A stretch of 64,000 bases of DNA from Candidatus Lindowbacteria bacterium RIFCSPLOWO2_12_FULL_62_27. GTDB lineage: Bacteria > Lindowbacteria > 2-12-FULL-62-27. Below, piece by piece: positions 48,779 to 58,637 of this stretch; position 1 is the stretch's first letter, and every line of letters starts with the position of its first letter. The notes under the pieces are model-generated. The model was not told the origin of the DNA. It ran no database searches and saw only the letters and a list, made by a program, of their open reading frames with translations. Location: assembly GCA_001784175.1 (NCBI GenBank), contig MFPR01000014.1, positions 1 to 64,000 of the forward strand, written 5' to 3'. The position numbers and the translations under genes were made by a program.

Positions 48779-50493
48779 CGCTTCACCCGTACCGTGTCGG
48801 ACCAGTCGCTTTCTTCGAGCGAGAACGCCGAAAGAGCGCGGACGCGATAGTGGAGTTCCGAAAACGTGTCCGGTAGATCCGTCACATAGGGCGATGAGGC
48901 GAGGGACGCCACGCGGACCGGACCGGCAGCATCGATCCGATAGACATTGTATCCGCCGATCTCGAAGCCCCCGGCCCGCGGCCACGTCAACCACAGGCGG
49001 CGGCCGTCGACTCGATACGCCACGGAGTTGGGCGGGCGAAGTTCTGCCGGCGCGGCGGTGAAACGAACGGGATCGGACATGGGGCTTTCCTGACCGAGAT
49101 CGCCGACGATGGAGGCGCGGTAGTAATAGGAAAGGCCAGGATCGATTTTCTCCCCGTCGATGAAGGACGGCTCTTCTGTTTCCCCGACAACGACGAACGG
49201 TCCGTCCGTCGAATAGCTCCGATAGATGCGGTAGCGCGATCCACGCGGCAGGATGTCTTCAAATTCGAGCGACACGCCGCCGGCGATGCCCGAAAGCCTG
49301 AGGGACGGCGGGTCGCCCGGCGGGGATGTGTCCGGTCCGGCGCCGGCTGTTCGAGGGCCGTCTGCCGAACCTTCTCCTCCGGCGCGGGCCAAGGCGGCCT
49401 GCCGGAACACGAGCAAGGTGTGATCGGCGCGATGGCCGGCCCGATCGAAGGCGAGGAGGCGGATTGAATTTGGACCGGGCTCGAGGTCCCGGATGAAATT
49501 GAACTGGCCGTCGCGCGTGGTGACGGGTTTGCCCCCGCAAAACAGCGCCGCCGGCTCGTTGAGTTTTCCGCTAAGCAGGATCTGTTTCAGCGCCGTGGTT
49601 TCGGAAACGGGGTCCATCGCAAGGACCGGCGGCGCGACATCGACGCCGATGCGCACCGAGAGCGTGGCGACGGCCGCGTCGCGCCTGAATTGCGCCGAGA
49701 GCGTGTCCTGGCCCGGCCTGAGCGTGACGGCGGCGGAGAAATTTCCGTCGGCCGACCATCGAACCGGAGCGCCTTCCACGGTCGCTTCGACCGCGCCGTC
49801 GGAACGGTCCGCGCGGCCGAGGACGGTGATTTTTTCCCGGTCCGAGATCCGCCCGGCGCGCGGTGAAAACCAGCGGATGCGGGGAACGCGTTCGCCCCGG
49901 GCGCTGTACCGCAGCGGCAGTCTGGGCTTGCTTTCGAGCGCGCGCCGGATCTCCGGCGGGATCGGCAGGACTTCCGGCTTGCCGCCGGCCGGCGCGCGGA
50001 TCATGGTCCCGGCGGCTGCGGCCATGCGCTGATCTTCATGTTCGACCGAAACTTCACCCATGAGACAGTAAACGTGCATCCGCTGGCCGCCGGCTTCGAC
50101 ATCGACGATGGAATTGGGCTGGAGCGCGAACGACCCAAAGGGCGAGGTCAGCGTGAAGGGCACGCCGGAAACGATTCTGGCCCGGCCGGCGCCGAAATGG
50201 ACGGAGGTGTCGGCGGCGGCGAAGAGGGAGAACTCGGAGAATTCCAAGAGCGCGCCCTGCGGCCATTCCTCGCCGAACTGGATCGCGAGCGCCGCCTGGT
50301 CATCAACCCGGACCCACTCCGGCTCGCGCTCCGGGCCGCCCAAGCGGTCGCCCATCCACAAGAGCGCCTTGTCGCCCAGCGGCTGTTTCATCCGGACCGC
50401 CGAATGGACGAGGCCTACGACTTGGAATCCAGCCGGCCATGCGGGCGTCGCGAAGACCGCCACCCAGAGGCAGGCCAGAAGGCGGGCTGCCAA
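48775..50493 (-). CDS. Secreted FecR-like plus Ig-like plus FN3 domain protein
   Basis: Signal peptide, VYCLMGEVSV, GPNSIRLLAFDRAG, YRIYRS, YYYRAS..ES; TTG start inferred. Confidence 0.65.
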   Translation of the reverse strand: MAARLLACLWVAVFATPAWPAGFQVVGLVHSAVRMKQPLGDKALLWMGDRLGGPEREPEWVRVDDQAALAIQFGEEWPQGALLEFSEFSLFAAADTSVHFGAGRARIVSGVPFTLTSPFGSFALQPNSIVDVEAGGQRMHVYCLMGEVSVEHEDQRMAAAAGTMIRAPAGGKPEVLPIPPEIRRALESKPRLPLRYSARGERVPRIRWFSPRAGRISDREKITVLGRADRSDGAVEATVEGAPVRWSADGNFSAAVTLRPGQDTLSAQFRRDAAVATLSVRIGVDVAPPVLAMDPVSETTALKQILLSGKLNEPAALFCGGKPVTTRDGQFNFIRDLEPGPNSIRLLAFDRAGHRADHTLLVFRQAALARAGGEGSADGPRTAGAGPDTSPPGDPPSLRLSGIAGGVSLEFEDILPRGSRYRIYRSYSTDGPFVVVGETEEPSFIDGEKIDPGLSYYYRASIVGDLGQESPMSDPVRFTAAPAELRPPNSVAYRVDGRRLWLTWPRAGGFEIGGYNVYRIDAAGPVRVASLASSPYVTDLPDTFSELHYRVRALSAFSLEESDWSDTVRVKR

Positions 50494-50500
50494 GCCCGCG

Positions 50501-52372
50501 CTACCGATCGACCTGTCGGACAAAATCGCCGATTCCGATAAACCGGGCACGCTCGACTTCCTGCACCCGGATCCGCGCGAACCATTCGTAAATATTGATG
50601 ACATCCGCCAGGAGGGGCCGGCCCAGGACATGGCGGCCAAACTGCCCGCTGGCGTTCAGGCCGTGCCGGCGGCCGACGTCGACGATCATCGCGCCCTCGC
50701 GTTCCTTTTTGACGACCCTGGCGTACTGCGCGGATGCGAGCTGGAGGGACTTGACGGTTTCGAGGATGAGGTCGTCGGTGAAATCCGAGCGGCTTTTGAG
50801 GACGACATGCTGTTCCTTGAATTCGAGCGCCTGCGCGTCGCCGCTGCCGCCGACCGGAAAAATCCCGAGTTCCGCCGAGAAGGCGCCTTCGAGGTTGAGG
50901 CCGATCCGTCCGTGGAAGAAAAAATCCGCGCCTTTCTGGTGGGCCACCTCCTCCGCTTTTTCGAACGGCACCGCCGGTTCCAGCGCCTGGATGCGGAAGG
51001 GCGTGAGGGCCTCGGCGAAGAGGGCGATGGCATCGGTGACCAGCCGGCCGAGGGCCGGCCGAACGGAGGCGGGATCGTCCGACAGGCGAAACACGAACAG
51101 GTTATAAGTGCGGCGGCGCGAGTCGTCGGTCGGCGGGACCTCGACGGAGAAGCTCTGATAGCGCTTAAAAATGGTTTCATCGTCCGGGTCGAGATTGCGG
51201 GCCACCATGATTTCCGCCCGCGCCGATTCGGCCAATCCCATCCGCCAGGCGGTTTCGGCCAGATAGCGCCGGATTTCCTTGTCCCGCGGATTGAGCTTGC
51301 GCGCCAGATACAGCGGGATGAACGCCTCGAGGTTCATCGCGTCCAGATAGGCCTGCCGGCCGACCTTCAGCCGCTCTTCCGCGCGTTTGAGCCGGAGAGG
51401 ATCCGACACCGGCGCGTGTCGGAGCAGCCACAGATCGAGCTGCATCATGAGATAGGGCCGGTCGGGGACGTCCCGCAAGAAATCGGCGAGGGTCTCGATG
51501 CCCGCCACCGGCCGGCCGCGGGCCACGTCGCTCAGGCTGCGCAGATACGCGAGGTCCTCCCGGGCCTCGGCCGATTCGGCGGCGAGGGGCAGATTCCGGA
51601 GGATGTCCTCCGCGGCGACATAATAGGGTTCGGAGTCGGCCAGGAGGTTGAGCCGCGCCATGAGGCGCCCGAATCGCGGGTCGAGGAGGAGGGCCGGCGG
51701 CGCCTTGGAAAAGAGATCGATCACCCGCTCGACCGGCGCTTTGGCCTTGAGGAGATGCCCGACCGAAGCCTCGTAGCTTTCGACGACATCGGGGAAATCA
51801 TCGAGGAGGAGGCCGGCGGCCTCGATGATTTTTTTGGGGTCGCCGATGATCGATTCGATTTCGAGCTGGAGTTTGCGCGCGTCGAAATATTTTTCGCGGA
51901 GGGCGAGGGCCAGTTTGAGTTCCCGGCGCGCGTTCATATAATTGTGCTTGCCGACCATGACCTGCGCCTTGTAGAAGTGGATTTCGGGGTTCTGGCCGAA
52001 CCGGCTCGACACGTCGTCGAGCAATTTTTGCGCCTTGTCGAAATCCTTCAGGTAAATCGCATAGAGTCTGAGCCGGCGTGTGGCGGCATCCATGTTCTGG
52101 GGGTCGTTCCGTTCGGCCCAGACGTAGGAGGAGTCAGCCTCGGTGAATTTTCCGAGCTTGACGAGGACGTCCCCCATGAGGAGGTGGGCGGGGATGAAAT
52201 TGGGGTTGTCGGCGATGGATCGCCGGAGGCTCAGGATCGCGGTGTAAAATTCCCCGCGCTCGTAATTGCCGGCGGCGTTCTGATACTCCTTCATCGGATC
52301 GGCCACCGCCGGGAGGCACATCGGGAGGAACCAGATCAGGAGGCAGAGCCGGAGGCGCGGGGGGAGGCGCAT
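50501..52372 (-). CDS. Secreted TPR-repeat protein
   Basis: Signal peptide; NPNFIPAHLLMGDVLVKLG and similar TPR repeats. Confidence 0.75.
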   Translation of the reverse strand: MRLPPRLRLCLLIWFLPMCLPAVADPMKEYQNAAGNYERGEFYTAILSLRRSIADNPNFIPAHLLMGDVLVKLGKFTEADSSYVWAERNDPQNMDAATRRLRLYAIYLKDFDKAQKLLDDVSSRFGQNPEIHFYKAQVMVGKHNYMNARRELKLALALREKYFDARKLQLEIESIIGDPKKIIEAAGLLLDDFPDVVESYEASVGHLLKAKAPVERVIDLFSKAPPALLLDPRFGRLMARLNLLADSEPYYVAAEDILRNLPLAAESAEAREDLAYLRSLSDVARGRPVAGIETLADFLRDVPDRPYLMMQLDLWLLRHAPVSDPLRLKRAEERLKVGRQAYLDAMNLEAFIPLYLARKLNPRDKEIRRYLAETAWRMGLAESARAEIMVARNLDPDDETIFKRYQSFSVEVPPTDDSRRRTYNLFVFRLSDDPASVRPALGRLVTDAIALFAEALTPFRIQALEPAVPFEKAEEVAHQKGADFFFHGRIGLNLEGAFSAELGIFPVGGSGDAQALEFKEQHVVLKSRSDFTDDLILETVKSLQLASAQYARVVKKEREGAMIVDVGRRHGLNASGQFGRHVLGRPLLADVINIYEWFARIRVQEVERARFIGIGDFVRQVDR

Positions 52373-52373
52373 T

Positions 52374-54089
52374 TCAGGACGCTTTCGGCCCGCCGTAGAG
52401 GCGTTCTTCGCCGTAGGTTTCGCGGAGGACCTCGTCGATGGTGGTGGCGCCGGCAAGTATTTTTTTCTTCCCGCGGCTTCTCAGGGTCTTGATTCCGGTC
52501 TGCTCCATCGTGTCCAGGAGTTCCTTGACGGAGGCGCCGCTCTGGATGAGGTGGGTCAGTTCGCGGTTGAACCGAAGCACCTGGAAAATGCCGGTCTGTC
52601 CCCGGAATCCCGAACCGTTGCACCGCTCGCATCCGGCGCCGCGGTAGAAATCGTAGTCCTTGTATTCGAGCATGTCGAGTTTCTGGAGCTCATCGAGGGT
52701 CGGATGGTAGACGGTGGCGCAAGTGGAGCAGATGCGCCGGACGAGTTTCTGGGCGACGATGCCGAGGATTTGCGTAGCGAAGATGTACCGGTCGAGTTTC
52801 GGATTTTCCAGAAGGTGCAGGAGGGCGTCGAAGGCGGTTTCGGCGTAGTAGGTGCAGAGGACGAATTTTCCGACGGCCGCCGCAAAGAGCGCCTGGGAGA
52901 CGCTGTCCTGGTTGGCCAGGCGATCGATCAGGAGCACGTCGGGGTCCTGGCGGAGGGCGCGCAGGACAATGGCGTCGGCGTTTTCGAAATCGGGATTCTT
53001 GGTGGGATGGAGCTGGTTGAAATGCTCGACCAGGAGTCCCATCGGAGCTTCAATGCTCATCACAAACCGGTTGTGCGTCCGGTAGAGGTAGTTGGCGACG
53101 CTGTAGGACGTCGTCGTCTTCCCGCTGTGGGCCGACCCGCAAATGAGGAGGAGCCCCTCGGGGGCCGTGATCAGCTTTTCAAAGATGTCGAAGGCCTCCA
53201 GCTCAAATCCCATGTCCGCCAGGTCCCGGATGTACATGTCGCGGCGCATGATGTGGAGGACGGCCTTGGTGCCGAGGACCGTTTCGAGCATGCCGACCCG
53301 CAGCTCGAACCGCTCGTCCCCGCCGGCCATCCGGACTACGAAACTTTCGTCGAACGGCGTCTCCATCACGAGCTGCTCGCGGGTCGACAGGTCCTTGAGC
53401 CTGGCGAGGAGCGCCTGGTACTGCTGGACCGGGACGTGGGTGCGGTCGTAGAGAAATCCGTCGATGCGGAACTTGACCTGGAGGAAGGACCGGCGGGGCT
53501 CCATGATGAGGGCCTGGGCGTTTTCCTTCAGGGCCTGCGAAATCAGTTTTTCGAGGAGCAGGTCGGACATGCTTTCCCCGGCTTCGCTGACGAGCGGGAC
53601 CGCGTCGCCCGTGCGCGACACGAGATAGAGTTCGGGCTCGGCCGCCGGCGGCGCTTTCTTTTCGGCGAAGATCGCGTCCAGCGTTTTCTGGATGTCGTCC
53701 CGGGTGCTGACGACGGGCGTCACGTTCAAGCCGCAGGCCTTGGTGAGGCTGTCGATGAGTTCAAGATCAAAAGGGTCGTCCATGGCGACGTCGAGGGACT
53801 GGCCGGACCGCGCGATCGGCACGACGTGGGTCTTGCGGCAGAGGTCCTCGGACAGGATTTTCGCGACGGCGGGATCGATGGCGTAGTGTTTGAGCCGGAC
53901 GAAGGGCACGCCAACCTGCTCGGCGATGACTTTGAGCATGTCGACTTCCTGGACGATCCCGCGTCGGACGAGGAGTTCGCCGAGTTTGCCGCCCTCTTTT
54001 TTCTGAAGGTCCAACGCCTCGGCCAGCGTCGGTTCGGAGACAAGCCCGGCCTTGAGGAGGACATCTCCGAGCCGGATCCTGCGGAACAT
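52374..54089 (-). CDS. MshEN-domain GspE/PilB-family protein with degenerate ATPase motifs
   Basis: RLGDVLLKAGLV..KLGELLVRRG; FRIDG; GSAHSGKTTT; LRQDPD; AQKLVRRIC..C..GC..C. Confidence 0.85.
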   Translation of the reverse strand: MFRRIRLGDVLLKAGLVSEPTLAEALDLQKKEGGKLGELLVRRGIVQEVDMLKVIAEQVGVPFVRLKHYAIDPAVAKILSEDLCRKTHVVPIARSGQSLDVAMDDPFDLELIDSLTKACGLNVTPVVSTRDDIQKTLDAIFAEKKAPPAAEPELYLVSRTGDAVPLVSEAGESMSDLLLEKLISQALKENAQALIMEPRRSFLQVKFRIDGFLYDRTHVPVQQYQALLARLKDLSTREQLVMETPFDESFVVRMAGGDERFELRVGMLETVLGTKAVLHIMRRDMYIRDLADMGFELEAFDIFEKLITAPEGLLLICGSAHSGKTTTSYSVANYLYRTHNRFVMSIEAPMGLLVEHFNQLHPTKNPDFENADAIVLRALRQDPDVLLIDRLANQDSVSQALFAAAVGKFVLCTYYAETAFDALLHLLENPKLDRYIFATQILGIVAQKLVRRICSTCATVYHPTLDELQKLDMLEYKDYDFYRGAGCERCNGSGFRGQTGIFQVLRFNRELTHLIQSGASVKELLDTMEQTGIKTLRSRGKKKILAGATTIDEVLRETYGEERLYGGPKAS

Positions 54090-54114
54090 CAGCGGCGCGC
54101 CATCCGAAGGGGGT

Positions 54115-54420
54115 TCAGCCGGCGAGGTGGACGGCGATTTTCCGGAGGAGGTCGATCATCAAGGTTCCGAAAAAAATGGCGCCGAAGAATACAACGATGA
54201 GCGACAGATCGACCGTGCGGGGCTCGATCCCCATTTTCCGCCGGACGGGATCCAGCACGACCTCGGTGACGCGAAAAACGAACACGATGCCGGGATTCGA
54301 CGTGCCGTCCGCATAGAAGTTCAATATGAACCGCAGGGCCAAGAGCATGCACAGCGTGATAAAGACGGCCGTCAGAAGATTGGCTGCGGCCGTGATGACC
54401 GCCGATAACAGTGTCAACAT
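54115..54420 (-). CDS. yggT: YggT family membrane protein
   Basis: VTEVVLDPVRR..VDLS; yggS-proC-yggT order. Confidence 0.85.
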   Translation of the reverse strand: MLTLLSAVITAAANLLTAVFITLCMLLALRFILNFYADGTSNPGIVFVFRVTEVVLDPVRRKMGIEPRTVDLSLIVVFFGAIFFGTLMIDLLRKIAVHLAG

Positions 54421-54445
54421 GAATGTCCTCCTTCGCCCGCTGAAG

Positions 54446-55240
54446 TCAGCGGGAGAGTTCCGCGCCCCTCCGGACCGCCGACCGGATGGCCGCTTCGACC
54501 AATCCGGGGAGCCGCCGGCGGGCAAATACCCGCAGGGCCGCTTCGGTGGTTCCGCCCGGCGAGGTGACCATCTCGCGAAGCTGGGCCGGGGTGAGACCCC
54601 CGCTCCGCAGGAGGGCCGCCGTGCCGGCCAGCGTCTGGAGTCCGAGTTCCTCGGACAACTCCGGCGGCAGGCCGTTCTTGCCGGCGGCGGCGATGCACGC
54701 TTCGAGAAACGCGCAAACCAGCGCCGGGCCGCTTCCGGAAAGAGCCGTTATACCATTCATCCATTTTTCCTGCACCTTCCAGACGCGGCCCATCGGCTCA
54801 AAGAGCCGGACGGCGAATCGAAGGTCCTCGGGGGCGACGCCGTCGCGCGCGATCGCGGTCGCGCCCGACCCGACCAGAAGCGGCGTGTTGGGCATGACGC
54901 GGACGATCCGGGCGCCGGGGAGAAGCTGCCGGAGCCGTGCGCGGGTCGTGCCCGCGAGGATGGAGACGACGCGCTTGCCCCGAACCGCCAGACGGATCCG
55001 GGCTGCGACTTCCTCCACTTTCTGCGGTTTGACCGCGAGCAGGATCGACGCTGCCTGCGAGGCCGCCAGCGCGGCGTCGGCGGTCACGGCGCACCCGAGC
55101 GCCGCCGCCCGGCGCCGCTGGGCGGACAGCGGGTCGGCCATCACGAGTTGGCGGGGCTGAAGGATCTTGCGTGCAATCAGCGCGTGGGCAATCGCGTGGC
55201 CCATCCGGCCCGCACCCAGAACCGCGAGCGTTTTCTTCAA
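54446..55240 (-). CDS. proC: Pyrroline-5-carboxylate reductase
   Basis: GAGRMG, AVKPQ, RVMPNTP, SGSGPA, VTSPGGTT. Confidence 0.95.
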   Translation of the reverse strand: MKKTLAVLGAGRMGHAIAHALIARKILQPRQLVMADPLSAQRRRAAALGCAVTADAALAASQAASILLAVKPQKVEEVAARIRLAVRGKRVVSILAGTTRARLRQLLPGARIVRVMPNTPLLVGSGATAIARDGVAPEDLRFAVRLFEPMGRVWKVQEKWMNGITALSGSGPALVCAFLEACIAAAGKNGLPPELSEELGLQTLAGTAALLRSGGLTPAQLREMVTSPGGTTEAALRVFARRRLPGLVEAAIRSAVRRGAELSR

Positions 55241-55962
55241 GGCGACGGCGATCTCGGTCCGAAAATGAGCGTGCCGATTCGCAGGAGCGTCGCGCCCTCC
55301 TCGATGGCGATTTCGAAATCGTCGCTCATGCCCATCGAGAGCGTGTCCCAGACGGCGCCGCCTTCCTGCGTGGGCCGGATCGACTGGAACAACTCGCGAA
55401 CCTGCCGGAAGCAGGCCCGGATTTTTTCGCGATCCTCCGTCAGCGGCCCGATGGCCATGAGGCCGCGCAGTCGAATCCGGTCAAACTCCGCCAGCGACCG
55501 GACGAACGCGGCGGCGGCCTCCGGTGGGACGCCGTGTTTGGCCGGCTCGCCGGTCGGCTCGATCTGGACGAGGGCGTCGATGGTGCGGTTTTCTTTTTCG
55601 CATTCTTTTTGGATCGCCCGGGCGAGATCGATCCGGTCGAGGCTCTGGATCATCGAGAAGAGCCGGACCGCCGGGCGGACCTTGTTGGTCTGGAGCGACC
55701 CGACGAGATGCCAGCGGATGGAGAGATCGGCGAGCTGTGCGGCTTTGGGCACGGCCTCCTGCACGCGGTTCTCGGCGATCTCGGCCAGACCCTCACGCAC
55801 GGCGACCCGAACCGCCGCCGGCGGATGGCCCTTGGCGACCGCGATGCACGCGATCCCGTCCGGAGGGCGGCCGGCCCGGGCCGCGGCGGCGCGAATCCGT
55901 TCTCTCAATCGTTTGATATTCTCACCGATGTCCGTCGAATTCCGCATGGCCTGTTCGATCAC
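55237..55962 (-). CDS. yggS: PLP homeostasis protein YggS
   Basis: IAVAK, ENRVQE, WHLVGSLQTNK, LSMGMSDDF, RIGT. Confidence 0.93.
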   Translation of the reverse strand: MIEQAMRNSTDIGENIKRLRERIRAAAARAGRPPDGIACIAVAKGHPPAAVRVAVREGLAEIAENRVQEAVPKAAQLADLSIRWHLVGSLQTNKVRPAVRLFSMIQSLDRIDLARAIQKECEKENRTIDALVQIEPTGEPAKHGVPPEAAAAFVRSLAEFDRIRLRGLMAIGPLTEDREKIRACFRQVRELFQSIRPTQEGGAVWDTLSMGMSDDFEIAIEEGATLLRIGTLIFGPRSPSP

Positions 55963-56030
55963 AGCGTGATCTTATATTTTTCCGGCCGCAATCGCAAACT
56001 CCGCCGCGCGGCCGGAAGCGATTCCGGCGC

Positions 56031-58409
56031 TCAGGGCGACAGACTCGGCCGGCAAATCAAGAGGCCCACGTACGCGATCAGTCCCAGTCCTGAAAGCCAT
56101 GCGCCGAGCCGGGCCAGGGGCGGCTCGTAGGCGAGGTCGATTTTGTGCTCGCCCTTGTCCAGCACGAGTCCCATGAATCCGATGTTGACCTTGCGCAGAT
56201 CCTGCCGGCGGCCGTTGACGGTTGCGGTCCAGCCCCGATCGAAAGGAATGGAGAGAAAGAGGATCTTCCGCCGGTCCAGCCTGAGCGTGCCCCGGATGAG
56301 ATTCTGCCGGTATTCGGAGATCGCCAGCGAGTTTTCCTTCAACCGGCCCATCGACCGGACCAAGTCGTCCGCCGGCAGGTCCCGTGAAACGGTGGTGATG
56401 GACTCCAGGCCGGCAAATTCGCCCTTGTCCGCGGGATCGATCACGCAGGCCCGCAGAAACGCCAGGGGTTTGACCGGGGCCTCCAGCGACTTGAAATCGC
56501 TGTGGAGCATGTAGGCGTCATAGGCGTACCCCAGCGGGAGAAAAAAATTGTTCTTGTAGAGATGAACATGCCCAAACGTTGCCACCTTTTCGTATCCCAA
56601 CTGCGGGAGATTCGTGGCCGTGCGGCGCGTGAGGGCATATTTGACGGCGAGCATCGTACGTATCATCGGATGGGCTTTTTCGACGCCGTCCGTCACGTGC
56701 GTGGACAGCTCGTCGGTTGGATCGATCACGCCCGCCTCTCCGAGAAACCGGATGTAATTGATTTGATTGAATGAATAATAGCTGGAGGTCCCCCGAAATC
56801 CCTGGATCTTCGCGTCATTGATCGAATAATGCATGGCCGGGCTGGACGAGTAATCTTTCGTGACGCGGAAAAATTCCGTGTCGGTGGCGTTCAGCCAGGC
56901 CACCGCGTCGACGGTGTAGTCGTTGTATCCGGTTTTCTCGTGAAGCGACGCGGCCGTCAGCGCGGATCTCGCGTCGATGGTTTGCACCGCGAAGTAGCCC
57001 ATCTCGGCGGCGACGCTCGCCACAAGAAGCAATCGCGACACCCTGCCGAGGTTGCCGGCGCCCATCGCAAGCAGCAACACCGTATGCGCCGCCAGAAACG
57101 CGGCCGCCGCGCTCCGCAGGCCCGGGTCCACCCGCAGGCGGGGGTACGGGACAAACAAGACGACCAGGAGAACCGCGCACGTGACGATCAGGGTCGGCCG
57201 ATCGAGTTTGGAGGAGCCGTCGATCAGGCCGAGGGCGCGCACGGCGAGGTGAATGATGAGAATCGTCAAGAACAGGGAAATGGTCCGATAATAATCGCCG
57301 CTGAACAGGTTGATCATGTACCTGAAAAATGGGAACACCAGAATCGCGACGGCGAGGGCGCAACCGCCGCCATACAGGCGACGGGTCTTGCGATCGGAGA
57401 GGGAAAAAAACTGCGGCAAAAGAAGGAGGCTGAGCAGGCCGGCGTAGAGAAGCGGCGCCTCGAAGTAATTGCCCCAGCCCCGGAACGCGCTACCGGCGCC
57501 CAGGAGGTCGTTCGAAAACAGGCGTAGCAGGATGGTGAGCGACTGTCCAAAGGTGTTGGTTTCCAATATCTGTTTCGCCGCCAGCTTGCTGAAGAGGGAG
57601 ACCTCGCCGCTGACTCGCGGGCTCTGCAGCATCTGCAGGACGCCCGTCATCACGTACACGGCGCCCATGAGGACCCCGAGCGCCCACAGCCCGGCCAGCT
57701 TCGTCAGAAACACCGCATAGGCCCGCCCGAGCGGCCCGCGCTCCTCCCAGAAACGCAGCGTCGCGTATGCGGCCAGAAAGACCGTATCCATATACAGGAA
57801 ATACGGCTGATCGATGCCGGCGCAGGCCACCGCAACAGGAATCAGACCCCAGCGGGACTGTTTGAAGAACCGCTCAAAGGCGTACAACAGGAATGCCACA
57901 AACATCGCCTCGGTCGGCGGAGAACGCCATGTGCCGCCCAGGACCATGTACCCGCAGAAGGTGTACAGGAGCGCGCCCATTCCCGACGCATAGGCCGAAA
58001 TCCCCAGAAGCGACAGATAGCGGAAGAAGAAAACGCCGCACAACAGGATTTTCAGCAGATGGACATAAATCACCGCATACGGAATCAGCCGCGTCGGAAA
58101 CAGGCTGAGGAGCAGCGCGGTCGGCTCGTTGATGGAATACGGAAAAATGTTCTGGCCCGCGCCCTGCTGAAAGGACCACCGCGGAATGCCGTCGGACCTC
58201 AGATACTCCCGCAGGTGCACGTAGTGCGGATAATGCTCGTTCATCGTGTCGCTGCCGATGTCCTTGAAGAGAAAAATTTTCTCGAACAGCAGAAAGTCCT
58301 TGAAAACGATGAAAACGAGCAGCGCAATTAGAATGCCGAACGCGAGACCGGCCCCCGGGCCGCCCCGCGGGCGACGCAAGTCGGGCGGGTCCACGGAAAC
58401 TTTTTTCAT
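56031..58409 (-). CDS. YfhO family polytopic membrane protein (GT-C-like)
   Basis: DIGSD, many TMs, LSIPFDRGW.A.VNG..IGFMG..G.H C-terminal signature; ATG 58409. Confidence 0.85.
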   Translation of the reverse strand: MKKVSVDPPDLRRPRGGPGAGLAFGILIALLVFIVFKDFLLFEKIFLFKDIGSDTMNEHYPHYVHLREYLRSDGIPRWSFQQGAGQNIFPYSINEPTALLLSLFPTRLIPYAVIYVHLLKILLCGVFFFRYLSLLGISAYASGMGALLYTFCGYMVLGGTWRSPPTEAMFVAFLLYAFERFFKQSRWGLIPVAVACAGIDQPYFLYMDTVFLAAYATLRFWEERGPLGRAYAVFLTKLAGLWALGVLMGAVYVMTGVLQMLQSPRVSGEVSLFSKLAAKQILETNTFGQSLTILLRLFSNDLLGAGSAFRGWGNYFEAPLLYAGLLSLLLLPQFFSLSDRKTRRLYGGGCALAVAILVFPFFRYMINLFSGDYYRTISLFLTILIIHLAVRALGLIDGSSKLDRPTLIVTCAVLLVVLFVPYPRLRVDPGLRSAAAAFLAAHTVLLLAMGAGNLGRVSRLLLVASVAAEMGYFAVQTIDARSALTAASLHEKTGYNDYTVDAVAWLNATDTEFFRVTKDYSSSPAMHYSINDAKIQGFRGTSSYYSFNQINYIRFLGEAGVIDPTDELSTHVTDGVEKAHPMIRTMLAVKYALTRRTATNLPQLGYEKVATFGHVHLYKNNFFLPLGYAYDAYMLHSDFKSLEAPVKPLAFLRACVIDPADKGEFAGLESITTVSRDLPADDLVRSMGRLKENSLAISEYRQNLIRGTLRLDRRKILFLSIPFDRGWTATVNGRRQDLRKVNIGFMGLVLDKGEHKIDLAYEPPLARLGAWLSGLGLIAYVGLLICRPSLSP

Positions 58410-58478
58410 GATTCGGAAGAGGCTACCACACGAGGACGCGCCGTCCAAGGCAAACTTGGCCCTTGTGCGGCCCTTGTG

Positions 58479-58580
58479 GCAACGGGGACAATACATCCCT
58501 GATGTCCCCGTCGCACCCTGGGCAATTTTCGTACTTCCTGTACGAAAATTGCCCTGCTCCAGGGACAATACATCCCTGTA
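58479..58580. repeat. Hairpin cluster with a 17-bp direct repeat
   Basis: GGGACAATACATCCCTG at 58485-58501 and 58562-58578; perfect hairpin GGGCAATTTTCGTAC-TTCCT-GTACGAAAATTGCCC at 58520-58554. Confidence 0.7.
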
Positions 58581-58637
58581 TGCCGGAGGAGGGACTTGAA
58601 CCCACACGGGGGGTGACCCCCACGGGATTTTGAGTCC
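58581..58637 (-). pseudogene. 3' fragment of a tRNA-Leu(CAA) (anticodon loop to acceptor end)
   Basis: GGACTCAAAATCCC..GTGGGTTCAAGTCCCTCCTCCGGCA with no 5' acceptor strand or D-arm. Confidence 0.75.

Noticed and set aside
58581-58637. A second functional tRNA-Leu
   Set aside because: No 5' acceptor strand or D-arm upstream, and the anticodon stem is incomplete.
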